This document shows positions 24,184 through 35,485 of a DNA stretch of 64,000 nt, one piece after another; the first letter of the stretch is position 1, and the number at the start of each line of letters is the position of its first letter. This DNA is from Babesia bigemina (Eukaryota). The DNA lies in the NCBI RefSeq assembly GCF_000981445.1, contig NC_027217.1, forward strand, positions 558,001-622,000, read 5' to 3'. Position numbers and translations under genes: made by a program. The notes under the pieces were generated by a model. It searched no databases and was not told where the DNA came from. It saw nothing but the letters and a program-made list of their open reading frames with translations.

Positions 24184-25758
24184 ATGGAGCCAATCAACGC
24201 CTACGCGAGGACCCAAAGGCTCACCATTTGCGCCAGGATGCTCATGTACCGCCCGGAAACGGCTGAGCTGCTGGACTTCGAAAAAAATGTCGTCGCAGAG
24301 GACACCATCACCCTAAAGCCGCCGTCGAACGACGCCAACGACGCAGCCACCACGGATGACGCGGTTCCACCGCAGAGCTCGCTCCACATCGTGCAAAACG
24401 GGCAGAAAATACACGCTATCGCAGACCTCGAAGAGGTAGCCGAATACCTCAAAACCTACCCGCTCGCTCTGGTGCTCGCGAAGGTCGTCTGGAGGGATAA
24501 GGGCTGCTTCATATGCAAACCGGACGTCGTGAGCGACCACGCTCACACAGGCGCGTGCTACAGGATCATCAACTCGCACGTATATCGCAGGGCATTCGGT
24601 TGCAAGGCGGCAAACAGGCGCGTAGCTCATGCGTTAAAGGAAGGGGACAGGATCAAGCTCGGCAGGGCGACGCTGGTCGTGCGCCACCTCGCGCGCAAGC
24701 CCGCCAACTCGCTTTCGTACATACACGAGTTCATGGCGCAGCCCACTGAGGAGGGCCGGCAGCCCGAGACCTCACCAGAGCCTGCAGACGAGACCTCACC
24801 AGAGGCTGCAGACGAGATCGCACCAGAGGCTGCAGACGAGACCTCACCAGAGGCTGCAGACGTGACCTCACCAGAGGCTGCAGACGTGACCTCACCGGAA
24901 CCTGCGGACGAGATCGCACCGGATCCTGCAAACGAGACCGCAGCCCCCGAGAATGCAGAAGAACGCGTACAAGTGGAAGATATTGCCGTCGAGACTGTGC
25001 ATCGTACGATATCCAACGTATCTACTGTGATGGGGCCTGACTCGGTCATTAACACGCAGCGGTCGGTGACGATGCCGCCAGTACCGAGGGGTGCTTGTGC
25101 TGCGCCGGAGCAGGACGCGGACCAAGGCATGTGCCGCATATGCTTAGAGGGCGAAGAGTCGGGCAGTCTGGTAGTGCCCTGCAAGTGCAACGGCTCCATG
25201 AAATATGTGCACCTGGCGTGCGTGCGAACGTGGATACAAGGGAGGCTCAACGTGAAGGACGAGCACGGGCAGCAGCAGCTCGCATTCTTCCTGAAGAACC
25301 TGAAGTGCGAACTGTGCGGGGTCCCGTACCCATCGTACATCGATGTCGACAGCGTCTGGACTGAGTTCCTCGGGATCGAGGAACCCTCTCCGCCGTACGC
25401 CATCCTGGAGCCAGAAAACGCAAATCACACCGGGCTGCATGTAGCGAGCCTGTCCACGGCGTCCGTCAGCATCGGGCGCAACGGCTCCTCCGACGTTGTG
25501 CTGCCGGACATATCCGTCTCTCGGTGCCATGCGATGATGCACTACCGGGAGGGGCACTTCGTCATCGAGGACAAAGGCAGCAAATTCGGCACCCTGGTAC
25601 AGCTGGCTGACGCGTACGAAATACGCGTGGAGGCTGGGACCCCCATCGCGCTGAAAATAGGCACCGACGTCCTCTGCATCGAAGCGAAGATCAAACGCAG
25701 ATTCGGCGAGCTGTGTTGCGCAGGTTACAGCCGCAGAGCCGTAAGCGTAGTGATTTGA
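24184..25758 (+). CDS. FHA + RING-CH (RINGv) zinc-finger protein, putative E3 ligase
   Basis: CRICL..PCKCNGSMKYVHLACVRTW..CELC (C4HC3). FHA motif IGRNGSSDVVLPDISVSRCHA..DKGSKFGT and an N-terminal FHA-like LKEGDRIKLGR. Start approximate (first in-frame ATG). Confidence 0.85.
   Translation: MEPINAYARTQRLTICARMLMYRPETAELLDFEKNVVAEDTITLKPPSNDANDAATTDDAVPPQSSLHIVQNGQKIHAIADLEEVAEYLKTYPLALVLAKVVWRDKGCFICKPDVVSDHAHTGACYRIINSHVYRRAFGCKAANRRVAHALKEGDRIKLGRATLVVRHLARKPANSLSYIHEFMAQPTEEGRQPETSPEPADETSPEAADEIAPEAADETSPEAADVTSPEAADVTSPEPADEIAPDPANETAAPENAEERVQVEDIAVETVHRTISNVSTVMGPDSVINTQRSVTMPPVPRGACAAPEQDADQGMCRICLEGEESGSLVVPCKCNGSMKYVHLACVRTWIQGRLNVKDEHGQQQLAFFLKNLKCELCGVPYPSYIDVDSVWTEFLGIEEPSPPYAILEPENANHTGLHVASLSTASVSIGRNGSSDVVLPDISVSRCHAMMHYREGHFVIEDKGSKFGTLVQLADAYEIRVEAGTPIALKIGTDVLCIEAKIKRRFGELCCAGYSRRAVSVVI
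24766..24933 (+). repeat. Coding minisatellite, 7 x 24 bp (E/V-T/I-S/A-P-E/D-A/P-A-D/N)
   Basis: Consecutive units such as gagacctcaccagaggctgcagac, degenerating towards the 3' end. Confidence 0.95.
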
Positions 25759-26004
25759 TCTCACATGTAAACACACAAAGGCGACCACAACGCTAGCATA
25801 TTGCCACAACACGCCTTCATACAAAATTTAAGTAAACTAACACCGCACCGCGTCCCGAAAGCGGGGCTGCTCACCGCCTGCTGTGGCACCGACACAGCAC
25901 GTTAACGAAATTGACTCGTGACAGCAATGTGAATGTACAACCATGCAGTCTCAACCGCGCATGTTGCCGCTTGGCCGAACAGAGCCCGTTGATGCGGCCA
26001 ACCG

Positions 26005-28203
26005 TCACGATAACTGCCGGGACAGGAGGGCGGCGCGCTGGCGCTCGTCCATTGCCATAAAGGCGTCACGCAACACGTGGAGCACCTTAATGCCGTGGCG
26101 CCGCAGGTGACGCGCCTTCAGGATCATGCCGCCGGAGGGCCGCGAGCCGGAATCCACGGTGTTTGTGCGTGTATACACCAGCACGGCGTGCCGGACGCCC
26201 TGGTGCTCGAAGGAGGCGTCCAGCAGGAAACCTTCAAACGCCTCGGCAGTCGACGCGGTGACGCCCAAGGAACCGAGTGCGCTCGCCAGGCGCTCACCAG
26301 TGGCCGCACAGTAGGCCGCCGATTCGTCGTCCATGAACATGCTCTTGGTGAGGTTGAGCAACCGGAGCACGTCAGCAGTCAACAGCTCCTTACGCACTGC
26401 AACGGTGTGGATTTAGCGTCAAAATGGCTAATCATGGCAAACAATGTTGAACATGAAAGTAAATAGTACGTCACACAAGCGGCACATGACGATGGTGCCA
26501 AGCACCGCGGACACGCAATGTTCATTACAGGCACCATGCAACGGCGTTCAAGGACACAAAATGACCCTACCTGCAACTAGATCCGAGAGGGCGGGGTAAA
26601 GCAGTGCACAGCGGCGATTCCCCCGCACCTGGTTGACGTCCAGCAAGGTGAGGCAGCTGCTCCAAAAGGTAACGTCGAAGAAACGCTGCACCGCGTACGA
26701 CCACAGCGCACGGCACAGCTCGTGCGCGCTGAACTGGTTGACGCGTTGCAGCAGGGGAAACTGCAGGCCAACGAAAAACGACTCCCGCCCGACCAGGTGG
26801 CCATAGGCCCACAGCAACTTCGACAGGCAGTCTGCAGGCAAATCATCCGCGTAACGGAGCGCGTATTCCTGGACACACTGGTGCAAAGTGGCAGAACCCG
26901 TGCCCAGGCGAGCGTAGCCCTCGGCCAGCATCGCAAGATCCAGACCGTTGAAGTGCATGATGTTGGCGATCACCTCCTCCTCGATCTTCACGTGGAAGTC
27001 AGATGCCGCCCCTGCGCCCTTTAACTGGGACAGACTGTTGACGCATAGCGCCGCATTGGCGGGGGACATTGACGAGGCCGCTGCGGTGGCAGCGGACTCC
27101 AGAGCCGACAGCAGTGCCGGCGACTCAAACCCTGAATCCGCCAGGGCCCACAACAGCATCGATATGCTTCGGCCGGGTAGATCAGAGCAGTGCTGCAGCA
27201 GCAGCGGCTCGCAACGTCGAAACATCTCGCGGCTCATGTCGGAGTACTTGCACGTCACCCACAGGAGGTCGCAAAGCTCAAGCGGCCCCAGGCACGACAG
27301 ATCCAGGCCCACACAACGCCGGAGCAGATTCTCAAAGACAGCCGGCGAGCATGCGGAAGGCTTGCGCGCGTAGCATACCAGCGCCTTGACGGCATCTGTG
27401 CCCGTGAACACGTCTCGGTTCAGAGCGTGGCGCGCGCAGCTTTGCAGGAACAGGGTGGCGCCGTGCCTCGCAGCGGCCAGGGCGCCGAACACCATCATGC
27501 GCTGAGCGGGCGCAAACTCCAGAAGCCTACTCGTGCATACATGGCCGATCAGCTTGGCAAAGGGCACGCTGTCACTAGAGCACGCCAGCGCAGTTGCGCT
27601 GCGGCACAGGTCAGTGTGGTCCAGGCGCCAAGCGCAGGTGGACAGGATGCGTTCGCAGTGGGAGCGCAGTATCCGGTTGTGATACCCCCGGATGTACGTG
27701 CCCATGCGCACCAGGTAAAGCAGCTCCGTGGGCGTGAAGCAGTCGATGCGCGAAATCACGTCGGTGTACATGTCGCCCACGCCACTCGGCAGACGCATGA
27801 CGTCAAGTCGGCCGTGCCAGCCGCATAGCTCGACCAGACAGAAGTCTGTGCGCGGCCAGAGCTCACACAGCGAGTCACCAGCATCGCGGCGGTGGCGGCA
27901 GCCTAACTGCACGACACGGGACAGCAGCAGTATCAGCTCTGCGGGCTTCAGCCGCGGGCGGCGCTCCTTGAACACGCTGCATACGTCCTCTATGCTTGAG
28001 CACGAATCCAGCGATGGAACCAAGGCAGTTTCGCATGCCTGCAGAGCGCCAAAGGAGGCACTGGGCTCAGTGCCCACGACTGCGGTATCCTGAAAGAGGT
28101 CGTCCGGAAGAGGTCGGTCGATGCCAACGAATCCGCGCCTGGATACGCGACAATGGCTGCGTAGGAGCGAACAAAGACGCAGGATCCGGCTACATGGGAG
28201 CAT
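26005..28203 (-). CDS. RAP-domain (FASTK-like) helical-repeat RNA-binding protein, probably mitochondrial, 2 exons
   Basis: Arg-rich N-terminus MLPCSRILRLCSLLRSHCRVSRRGF and helical repeats with LLWA/ALWSYA. Intron 26397-26570 joins in frame to a last exon with RAP-like LKARHLRRHGIKVLHV. Confidence 0.72.
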
Positions 28204-28606
28204 CGTAGTGCGCAATCCCTGTTGCGAAGAAGGTTGTTAGCAGACTACAGCCCGGGGGCATCCTCATACAGCAGCCTACACATATCTTACCCCGCTGCAT
28301 CAAAAGGATTTTGTGGCCCAAATAGACAATAACCGACGATGTGTTTGCGTTTCGATGTGGAATCCAAGTTGTTTCCGCCGTTGAGCGCAACTACGCGGCT
28401 TATGTGCGACCAGACATCACCCGTTAACACGGGCAGGAGCGCCCAAACACACATTGGCAAAGCACTAAAACAAGACTTTTGCTCTACGTGCACGTAAATG
28501 CCCATGCGATATTAACTACAGGTCACAATGCCACAAGGGCGAAGCTCGTGCGCTGCCCCGGCAACGCCTGCACACCTTCCACACGGTAACCGCCTACCGT
28601 AGACAA

Positions 28607-30529
28607 CTACGCGTGCATGACATAACCTTGTAGAGTGCGCGCGACACTTGACCAGCGACGGTCAACGGCAGCGGCGCCAAGGGCAGAAGCGCCGTGCGTC
28701 AGCGAACTGTGGAAGTTCACTCCGCAACCTCGGTGACGCAGGCACAACACCAGATGCGCGTTGCGTCGCATTTCAGCGAAACTCAGCGCTTGCGCGGAAA
28801 CTCGCAGCGTTTGCAGGCATATCTCGATGTCCTTGAGCGCCCGTAGGGCGCGGCTGCAGCGAGGTCCCAGCACCGCACCTCGACGCGGAAGGTTCTCGCG
28901 GATCAGGCGCTTAGCCATGACAAACAACACCCGCGCCCTCAACACCACATCTCCATGGCCATGCTGTGCTCCGTAGGGGTGTGCGAGCAGCAGCAGCATC
29001 GAGCTCAAATGCCCGAACGCTTCGTTCAACAGGTCCGTAGGGCAATCGATCGGTATCGCATCGCACAAGTCCTCCAACGCTGAAGGTGGACACCGCATCA
29101 CATCCGCCATAAGGCAGAGCACGCGCACACCACACCGCCGCAGTGTTTGGCGGAAGCTGGCGCAGGCGTCGTCGGGGTCGTTCAGCAGCCGCACATCCAC
29201 CGTAGGCGCGGAGGAAAACAGACATCCATTTGACATTGACTGCGACTCGTACCGCCAGGCGAGGCCCCTCCTGATGTAATGCAGTAATAGGCACAAATAC
29301 AAGGTGTACATCTCTCGCCTGCAGCCCAAAAGGTGGTGGTACCGTGACAGCACCTCGAAAAACAGCAACGCCAGCTCGAAGAAAGACCAATGTGCACGCA
29401 TGCATATCCGCTCCGAAATAACCCGCGAAACCCGCCTCTCCATGCTGCGTGAGGGTAACGGGCCACGTGGGAGACGGCCCGTGCCCTCCGGCAAGCACTG
29501 CTTGCGTTTACGAGGTCGGGCGCTGCCTCTCCGGGAGGTTAAAATCGGCCTCCTCCGTGACCGTGACTCACAGTTTGTCGGATTGAGGCGCATGGCCTTT
29601 GCAGGCCTGTCGGTCACGTTATTGTTAGCGAACACCCGTTCCTCCGGAGACTCCGCATCACGGCTTGCACAGTCACCTTCGACCACGTCCACCCTTCGCT
29701 TGGTATGCAGCCTATCGAGCGTGCTACCATCCAGTTCCCTCAGCTGGCGCGTCAAACACGCCAGCGCGAGGGGTAGCGAATCCACGTAGAACACGAAGTG
29801 CCGCTCACGCTGAAGCGTGTGCTCGACGCCGTCGCAAATGCTGCGGACCAGCGCCGCGCCGCTGTCGCACGCGGGGTCTACATAGCGCAGCGGTTCCAAC
29901 GTGACGTACGGGGTCACCCTTTCCTGCGAATCTATGCCGTCTAGAAGCCACTCGCGCTGCAGCAACAGTATCGTGCGCAAATACGGAGTCAGCGACGGGT
30001 AATCGCGGAAGAACCGGATCCCTCCGCCACGCCTCTTCGCGCGCACAGTCCAGTCGTGCAGATGTGAGAGGCGCCCAGCGCGCCGCGACCACTCTAGTAG
30101 TAGAGCGTGCGTATCCGGGGGGATGCGACGCTCGTCCGAACAGCTGGACATGCACCTCGTCAACAGGTCACAAACGGATGCGGATATATCGGCTGCAGTT
30201 GACTTACACTTTACGTGCAGAGCTATCCGGGCGGCAGCGATCGCAGATGTTCGGCTGAAGTTCGAACGTTGGAGGCAGCGCAAGGCTTCCTTGTGGTCAC
30301 CCAAGAGCACATGAATTTCCGCCTGCAACTCTGAGAACCGCGACAGCACCTCCGAATCTCCACACTCCGCATATTCCCTTTCGGCATCGCGCAGGAGAGA
30401 CAGCGCTTCCAGATAGTCGTAATTACGAATCAGCCCAGAAGCAGTTGAGAGAGCTGAGGCAGGATCTGGCTTTCGCCCTAGCACAGCGGCACCAGAACCT
30501 CTATGCATAACAACTGATGCCGCTTCCAT
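28607..30529 (-). CDS. Hypothetical protein, 640 aa, N-terminal TPR-like helices
   Basis: Long ATG-initiated ORF filling the space between neighbours; YLEALSLL..AEIHVLLGDHKEALRCL is TPR-like. No family recognised. Confidence 0.6.
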   Translation of the reverse strand: MEAASVVMHRGSGAAVLGRKPDPASALSTASGLIRNYDYLEALSLLRDAEREYAECGDSEVLSRFSELQAEIHVLLGDHKEALRCLQRSNFSRTSAIAAARIALHVKCKSTAADISASVCDLLTRCMSSCSDERRIPPDTHALLLEWSRRAGRLSHLHDWTVRAKRRGGGIRFFRDYPSLTPYLRTILLLQREWLLDGIDSQERVTPYVTLEPLRYVDPACDSGAALVRSICDGVEHTLQRERHFVFYVDSLPLALACLTRQLRELDGSTLDRLHTKRRVDVVEGDCASRDAESPEERVFANNNVTDRPAKAMRLNPTNCESRSRRRPILTSRRGSARPRKRKQCLPEGTGRLPRGPLPSRSMERRVSRVISERICMRAHWSFFELALLFFEVLSRYHHLLGCRREMYTLYLCLLLHYIRRGLAWRYESQSMSNGCLFSSAPTVDVRLLNDPDDACASFRQTLRRCGVRVLCLMADVMRCPPSALEDLCDAIPIDCPTDLLNEAFGHLSSMLLLLAHPYGAQHGHGDVVLRARVLFVMAKRLIRENLPRRGAVLGPRCSRALRALKDIEICLQTLRVSAQALSFAEMRRNAHLVLCLRHRGCGVNFHSSLTHGASALGAAAVDRRWSSVARTLQGYVMHA

Positions 30530-30866
30530 CTTGCCTTAACACATCTGAGCCGTTTTATGCCGCAATTGGCGGAAGCGTTGGCCACCACCCCGGCGCGTGA
30601 CAAGAAGGTCACACCCGGCCGCCTACCACGTATTGGATTAGCATGTGGCAGTTGTTGCGGCAATAATGCTGCTTGACGGTGTGCGCACGTCAAGATGCCG
30701 CCAAATGTGTGCCAAAATGGCCCCAGGATTCTTGCAGCTGTCTGGAAGGGCGACACACTAACGCGTTATCCGGGTATAAGAATAGACAAATGAACCTTTG
30801 CGCCAAACCAGATGAATCTATAAGCAAGGAACAAAGTACATACGAGTCAAAGCGAGGTACAAGCAG

Positions 30867-32546
30867 GTGAAAAGGGAGTTGTCTTCTCTACGGCACTGCG
30901 GGGTTAGTCAGACGCGATTAGCGTCCCTGTCGTGCGCTACAGCAGGGATTCGGGTTCACGTGCACGCACTTACGGACGTGGAAGGCGATCTATGCGATTC
31001 CTGTCGTATTAGCATCGGAGAAGTGGAAGGGCACACACCGGACCCTGGAACACCTGAATTCCATAGAAATCGCGTCAAGCAACGGATAATTGTGCGGAAG
31101 TTGTACAACTACTGGGTGCATAAGATGGATGAACTCGGGTATGAGTGGTATACTGGGTTCAAGACGCCCAAAGCAGTGGGACAGACGGTCGAGGAGGCGC
31201 TGGAGTTGTTCCGGCAGGAGACCGATCAGGCGCCACACCAGCCGGAGGTGACGTCGAATGCGCACAAGAAACCCGCTTTGAGCTCGATAGAGTTTTCGGG
31301 CATGGCCGTGGAGGTCAGCCATGAGGACCAGATGGGCATCATCGACCTGGCAAACAAGGGCATAGAAAAATGGCTACCAGTCTGCGTTAACCACGCTGCC
31401 AAAAGCCAGCCGAACAGCCCTTGCAATGGCGGCGAAGCGGAGAAAAACGATCACGATGACTGCGAAGTGTCCACCATCAAGCTGCAAAGCTCACACCACG
31501 TAACGCTCTTCTACTATTCCACCAAGGACGCGAGACCGGAATTGGAGGACCCGCGCACAAAAGCTGTGTTCGAGCAGATGCACGACTTGAGCCCGTATTT
31601 GCGCGAATTGCGCTGCGCGCTCACGCCGTACGAGTTCGCCATCGCATTGCTCTACCGACACTTCTACGGCCTCAGCATGCCTGGTGAGGACGGCCAACAC
31701 AACTCGGGCCACGAATCGAGCCGAGATTCCAGCAAATACGTGCCTATCACACTGAGGCACGTCGTGTTCGTGCCGGGGGTACTGATGTGCGCAACGGCGC
31801 AGCTGCACAGGGACCTGGTTGCGCTCCCCTCGCCCGACGGCACCTTCGGCCCCTACTGCAGCTACCCACACGGAAACGTGGGCACAATGGAGGAGCTAAC
31901 AAAGCGATGCTGGGACGATGGCGCTGTCATGCTCGAGGAGAACCACTGCACCCACGTCACTCTGGGCGTCACCAAGCAGTACAAGCCCGTTGTCTCGAAC
32001 AATATATGCGACGGCATCAGGCGGTACCTCGATTTCCTCAAGAATCACGAGGATGCGGACGCGGGCGACAAGCTGTGGCGCATTAAAAGGGTGAACGAAG
32101 ACGATAGCGTTGACGAGGCGCGGCCCGAGGAGCTCCTCAAAATCTTGGAGGTTTACGGAAGCAGGCCCTCGGAATTCAAGCACGCCAAGAGGGAGTTTGT
32201 ACAACTTGCGCCCCACGCGGCCAGGCGAGACGAGGCGGGTTTGGCGCACGCCGCCGGAGAGGCCGTCTTCGACCTTGCGCTGCCGCCTAAAGACGAATGC
32301 GCGGAAAAGCAAATACAACGCTACAGGCGCACAGTATGCTTCATAGCAGACGGCGGGAAGTGGATATACATCCGGAACCTGCCAGTCAGGCGGAACCTGC
32401 AGGGCCCAGACGACGAGACGCAAGGCACTTGGCTGGTGGACTCGTACATTAGCAAGCTCGACAAGGCAGTGACGGGCGAAATCCGCTTCTACAAACGGGA
32501 AGGGCATGAGCCTAAGCCACGCCCGACTCAAAGCAAAGCACAATAG
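30867..32546 (+). CDS. 2H phosphoesterase, similar to the tRNA-ligase (Trl1) cyclic phosphodiesterase module; start unresolved
   Basis: Two HxT motifs: SSHHVTLFY and THVTLGVTKQYKPVVSNNI. Possible intron at 30903-30942/30945. Confidence 0.55.
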   Translation: MKRELSSLRHCGVSQTRLASLSCATAGIRVHVHALTDVEGDLCDSCRISIGEVEGHTPDPGTPEFHRNRVKQRIIVRKLYNYWVHKMDELGYEWYTGFKTPKAVGQTVEEALELFRQETDQAPHQPEVTSNAHKKPALSSIEFSGMAVEVSHEDQMGIIDLANKGIEKWLPVCVNHAAKSQPNSPCNGGEAEKNDHDDCEVSTIKLQSSHHVTLFYYSTKDARPELEDPRTKAVFEQMHDLSPYLRELRCALTPYEFAIALLYRHFYGLSMPGEDGQHNSGHESSRDSSKYVPITLRHVVFVPGVLMCATAQLHRDLVALPSPDGTFGPYCSYPHGNVGTMEELTKRCWDDGAVMLEENHCTHVTLGVTKQYKPVVSNNICDGIRRYLDFLKNHEDADAGDKLWRIKRVNEDDSVDEARPEELLKILEVYGSRPSEFKHAKREFVQLAPHAARRDEAGLAHAAGEAVFDLALPPKDECAEKQIQRYRRTVCFIADGGKWIYIRNLPVRRNLQGPDDETQGTWLVDSYISKLDKAVTGEIRFYKREGHEPKPRPTQSKAQ

Positions 32547-32821
32547 TAGTACCATGTACCATAGAATGGAGCACAGGCGTCTCCCAGTGGGCAGTAGACC
32601 GAGCAGAGCGTCGCTGGAATGCATCGCATAGAACAACACGCGTTGTAAAACGGTGGTAAATATTTAGTTACACGCAGTTCGCAGCACCCGGTTAGGCGGT
32701 GCGGCGGGCCCACGGGTAATCGCCTAGAGGCGCAACTGCATGATGCAGGCCATCACGCAGTCACCAGGCGATGTATTTAACTGCCGCATTGGCAAAATGC
32801 GTGCTGCATCACCAGCTCCGA

Positions 32822-34122
32822 TCACATCAAATGGTTGGGGGAGTTGTGAAACGCCGACTGCAGGACGAACCTAACACGCCATGAGAAACCAAACGGGAAA
32901 CGTACGCCTTGGATATCACAGCGTCTACTTCCTCTATGCCCCAATCTAAGGTCGGAGGGCGCTGCAGGAACAGCAGGCATTGCTGGTAGTCCATGTGCAG
33001 CAGCTCCTCGGACCAGACGCTCAGGAACACCGCAGACACGTACTCGTGAAATGCGACGATGCCCTCGTTGATCTCGGCTATGTACGTGTCCCACAGGCGT
33101 ATGGCGCAATCCAGCGGCAGCTCGCGAATCATCAGGCAATTCATCCAACGGAACGGGAACTGCATGAAGTCTATGCCCAGCGCCTCCAGGTGGTCGCAGA
33201 GCTTCATGTCGATGCGCTTCATCAGGTCCTTTAGTCGGTTCAGGGACTTGTATACACCAGGCTGGTTCTCGGTGTAGTTGTCCTGCATGTGCGATAAAAT
33301 GCGAGAGAGGCAGTAGAAGCTGTCCGCCTCAATCTCCTCGAGGTCCCTCTCAGTCAGCCTGTCCACAGCATCCGTGTCCAGCGAGAAGCCTGCGATGTCG
33401 TGTGAAAACGGCGATGAAGACGCAACTAACACCCCATGTACGGCCGGCTCAGAGCTGCCACGAACAGTACTAGCAGGTCGTTGATGCCCTGTACGTAACC
33501 GCTCGCGGGGTTGCGCACACTCCAGATGTACAGCACCCGCTCCATCAGCTTCTGAACGCGTTTGTCCTTGAAGAGGCGGAGGGACTGGTTGGTGCGCGGC
33601 AGATCGACTTGAATCTGCACACTTTGCCTTGCAAAAAAGCTAGACCCACCTGCTTCAGCGTTTTCTGGTCCGATTCGCACTTGACGTCGGCGTCGCAGTG
33701 TTGCTGAGGCGCAGTCAACGCATGAACCTAGGCGGACGTACCTTGTACATGCCTTGGTAGTGCCGGCGCTTACGCTCCAACTGCTGCTCGCGGCTGGCTG
33801 TGACCACCGGCAAGTAGCCCTGCGATGCATGACACCGCAAAACCCATCAACATACCAGCACCAGGCGCCACGCGTCCGCACGGTGCGTCAGCGGCGCGTC
33901 TTCCGGTATCCCGAGCCATAGTATTTGCTTAATCAGAGCTGCAGCCAGTCGATGGGCGGGCGGAGAGGTGGACATACCGATATCAACGATTGGGGCCGTA
34001 AGCGCGCTGCTCAGACGGTGGAGCCGCTGCGACGACGAAGCTGGAGGCGGAGAGCTCGGCCCGTTCTTAAGAGAGAGCACGGGGATGTTAGAAGGGCTCA
34101 ACGCCTTCTTGCGCGACCTCAT
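32822..34122 (-). CDS. TBC-domain Rab GTPase-activating protein (Gyp1/TBC1D22-like), multi-exon
   Basis: IQVDLPRT, ERVLYIWSVRNPASGYVQGINDL, EADSFYCLS, DNYTENQPG, QFPFRWMNCLMIRE, RLWDTY. Last exon FVLQSAFHNSPNHLM*. Several short introns. Confidence 0.88.
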
Positions 34123-34402
34123 TTCGGGAGACAAGTGGCGACTACATTGTGAACAGCGAAGAGATAACAACACGATGCTGCTACATTCGAATACAACGGT
34201 AAAATATTGTCATCCGAGCGTCCCCAAATTGCGGCCGGGGTGAAAAAGAGCTCGCGTGGAGGGTGGCCGTACGGCCCAGTGGAAGGCCGCCGCCGCAGCC
34301 GTTAAACCGCGGCAATAGCGGTTATATTGCCATACCAAGTCAAAACACACGCAATGAACTGAGTAAGAATAAACCTGTCTTTTGTTAAGGCAAGATAGCG
34401 CC

Positions 34403-35485
34403 ATGGAGCTCCAAATCACGGGGCCGTTCAACCAGCTGTCTACCGAGGACCTGGAAGTGCTGGACGATGTGGCGCAGACGTTTTGCGAAGCGGTAGACAT
34501 CGTCTTGAAGACCAACTTCAAGTCGCAGAAGAGGGACGCGAGCCACCTGGATTCCGCAACCAGGAGCACCGCCGCCAGGGTCGAGGAGCCAACCAAAAAC
34601 CAGAAGATCGCCGCCGTGTTCTGCCGGCAGTGGCTTGCCGCGGTGCTCAGCGAGCTCACACACCATCTCGCGGAGGCCGGCTCCGACAGGTTCAACCACG
34701 AAGCCGCGGCTAACATTGCGAGCCCGCGCATGCTGGAGGAGGGCGCGGACGCCAGTGGCACGGACGACATCGGCCTTTGCATCGAGAACGCGCGCATATG
34801 CGGAAACGGGCAGATCGAGGTCAACTACGAGCTCGACCCCAGCCAAGTGCCGCAGCACCTGAAGCCCAAGCTCAAGGCGCAGGAGCTGATGCAGCTGATA
34901 CTGCAGGGCAAGCAGACAGAGCAGGAGCTGACGCAGAAGCTGGAGCATTTCTGGCTGAACGTGCCGTCACTTCTGTGCCAATACCTGGACCGGGAAGAGG
35001 ACGAGGAGGCACGGGGTGACGACGAGAATCGTGATGAGCAGCCAGCGGCCGCTGACCACACCGACGCACACGAGGGCAGTGACGCCGAAGCGGCGGGGGA
35101 CGTTAATAACGAAGAATCGCAAACGACGCAGCAGCTGCAGCAGCAGCAATCGTCCGAGCCTGCCACGGCGGTGCAGGCTGCGGAGGAGGAGGAAATGGAC
35201 GGCCAGGTGCCCTTCGACGAAGAGGCCATCGAACTTCTGGAGAACATCGCACGCGGGTTCGCAAACCCACTGGCACCCGAGCACGTCCCAGGCGAGGATG
35301 TGCAGCAGAAACTGGCGCAGATAGCCGAAAGGTCCAAGGAGCTCGGGGTGCACGGCATGGACACCTATATCGCACTGTACAACAAGGTCAACAAGGAAAT
35401 CGCCAACGTTAAGAAAATGGCCAAGTTTTTCGCGAAGCTCGCAACCGACGTCTCACGTTCGCGCGGTCAAATAGACACCATGTAG
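34403..35485 (+). CDS. Hypothetical acidic/coiled-coil protein, 360 aa
   Basis: ATG at 34403, strong GC3 codon bias, acidic Q/E-rich linker. No family recognised with confidence. Confidence 0.7.
   Translation: MELQITGPFNQLSTEDLEVLDDVAQTFCEAVDIVLKTNFKSQKRDASHLDSATRSTAARVEEPTKNQKIAAVFCRQWLAAVLSELTHHLAEAGSDRFNHEAAANIASPRMLEEGADASGTDDIGLCIENARICGNGQIEVNYELDPSQVPQHLKPKLKAQELMQLILQGKQTEQELTQKLEHFWLNVPSLLCQYLDREEDEEARGDDENRDEQPAAADHTDAHEGSDAEAAGDVNNEESQTTQQLQQQQSSEPATAVQAAEEEEMDGQVPFDEEAIELLENIARGFANPLAPEHVPGEDVQQKLAQIAERSKELGVHGMDTYIALYNKVNKEIANVKKMAKFFAKLATDVSRSRGQIDTM

Noticed and set aside
24766..24933. Regular short repeats as a possible CRISPR array
   Set aside because: Head-to-tail in-frame coding units without spacers, in a eukaryotic genome with no cas genes.
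34403..35485. Resemblance of the acidic coiled-coil protein to a Mis12-complex (Nsl1-like) subunit
   Set aside because: Impression only, from generic helical patterning; it needs a profile search.
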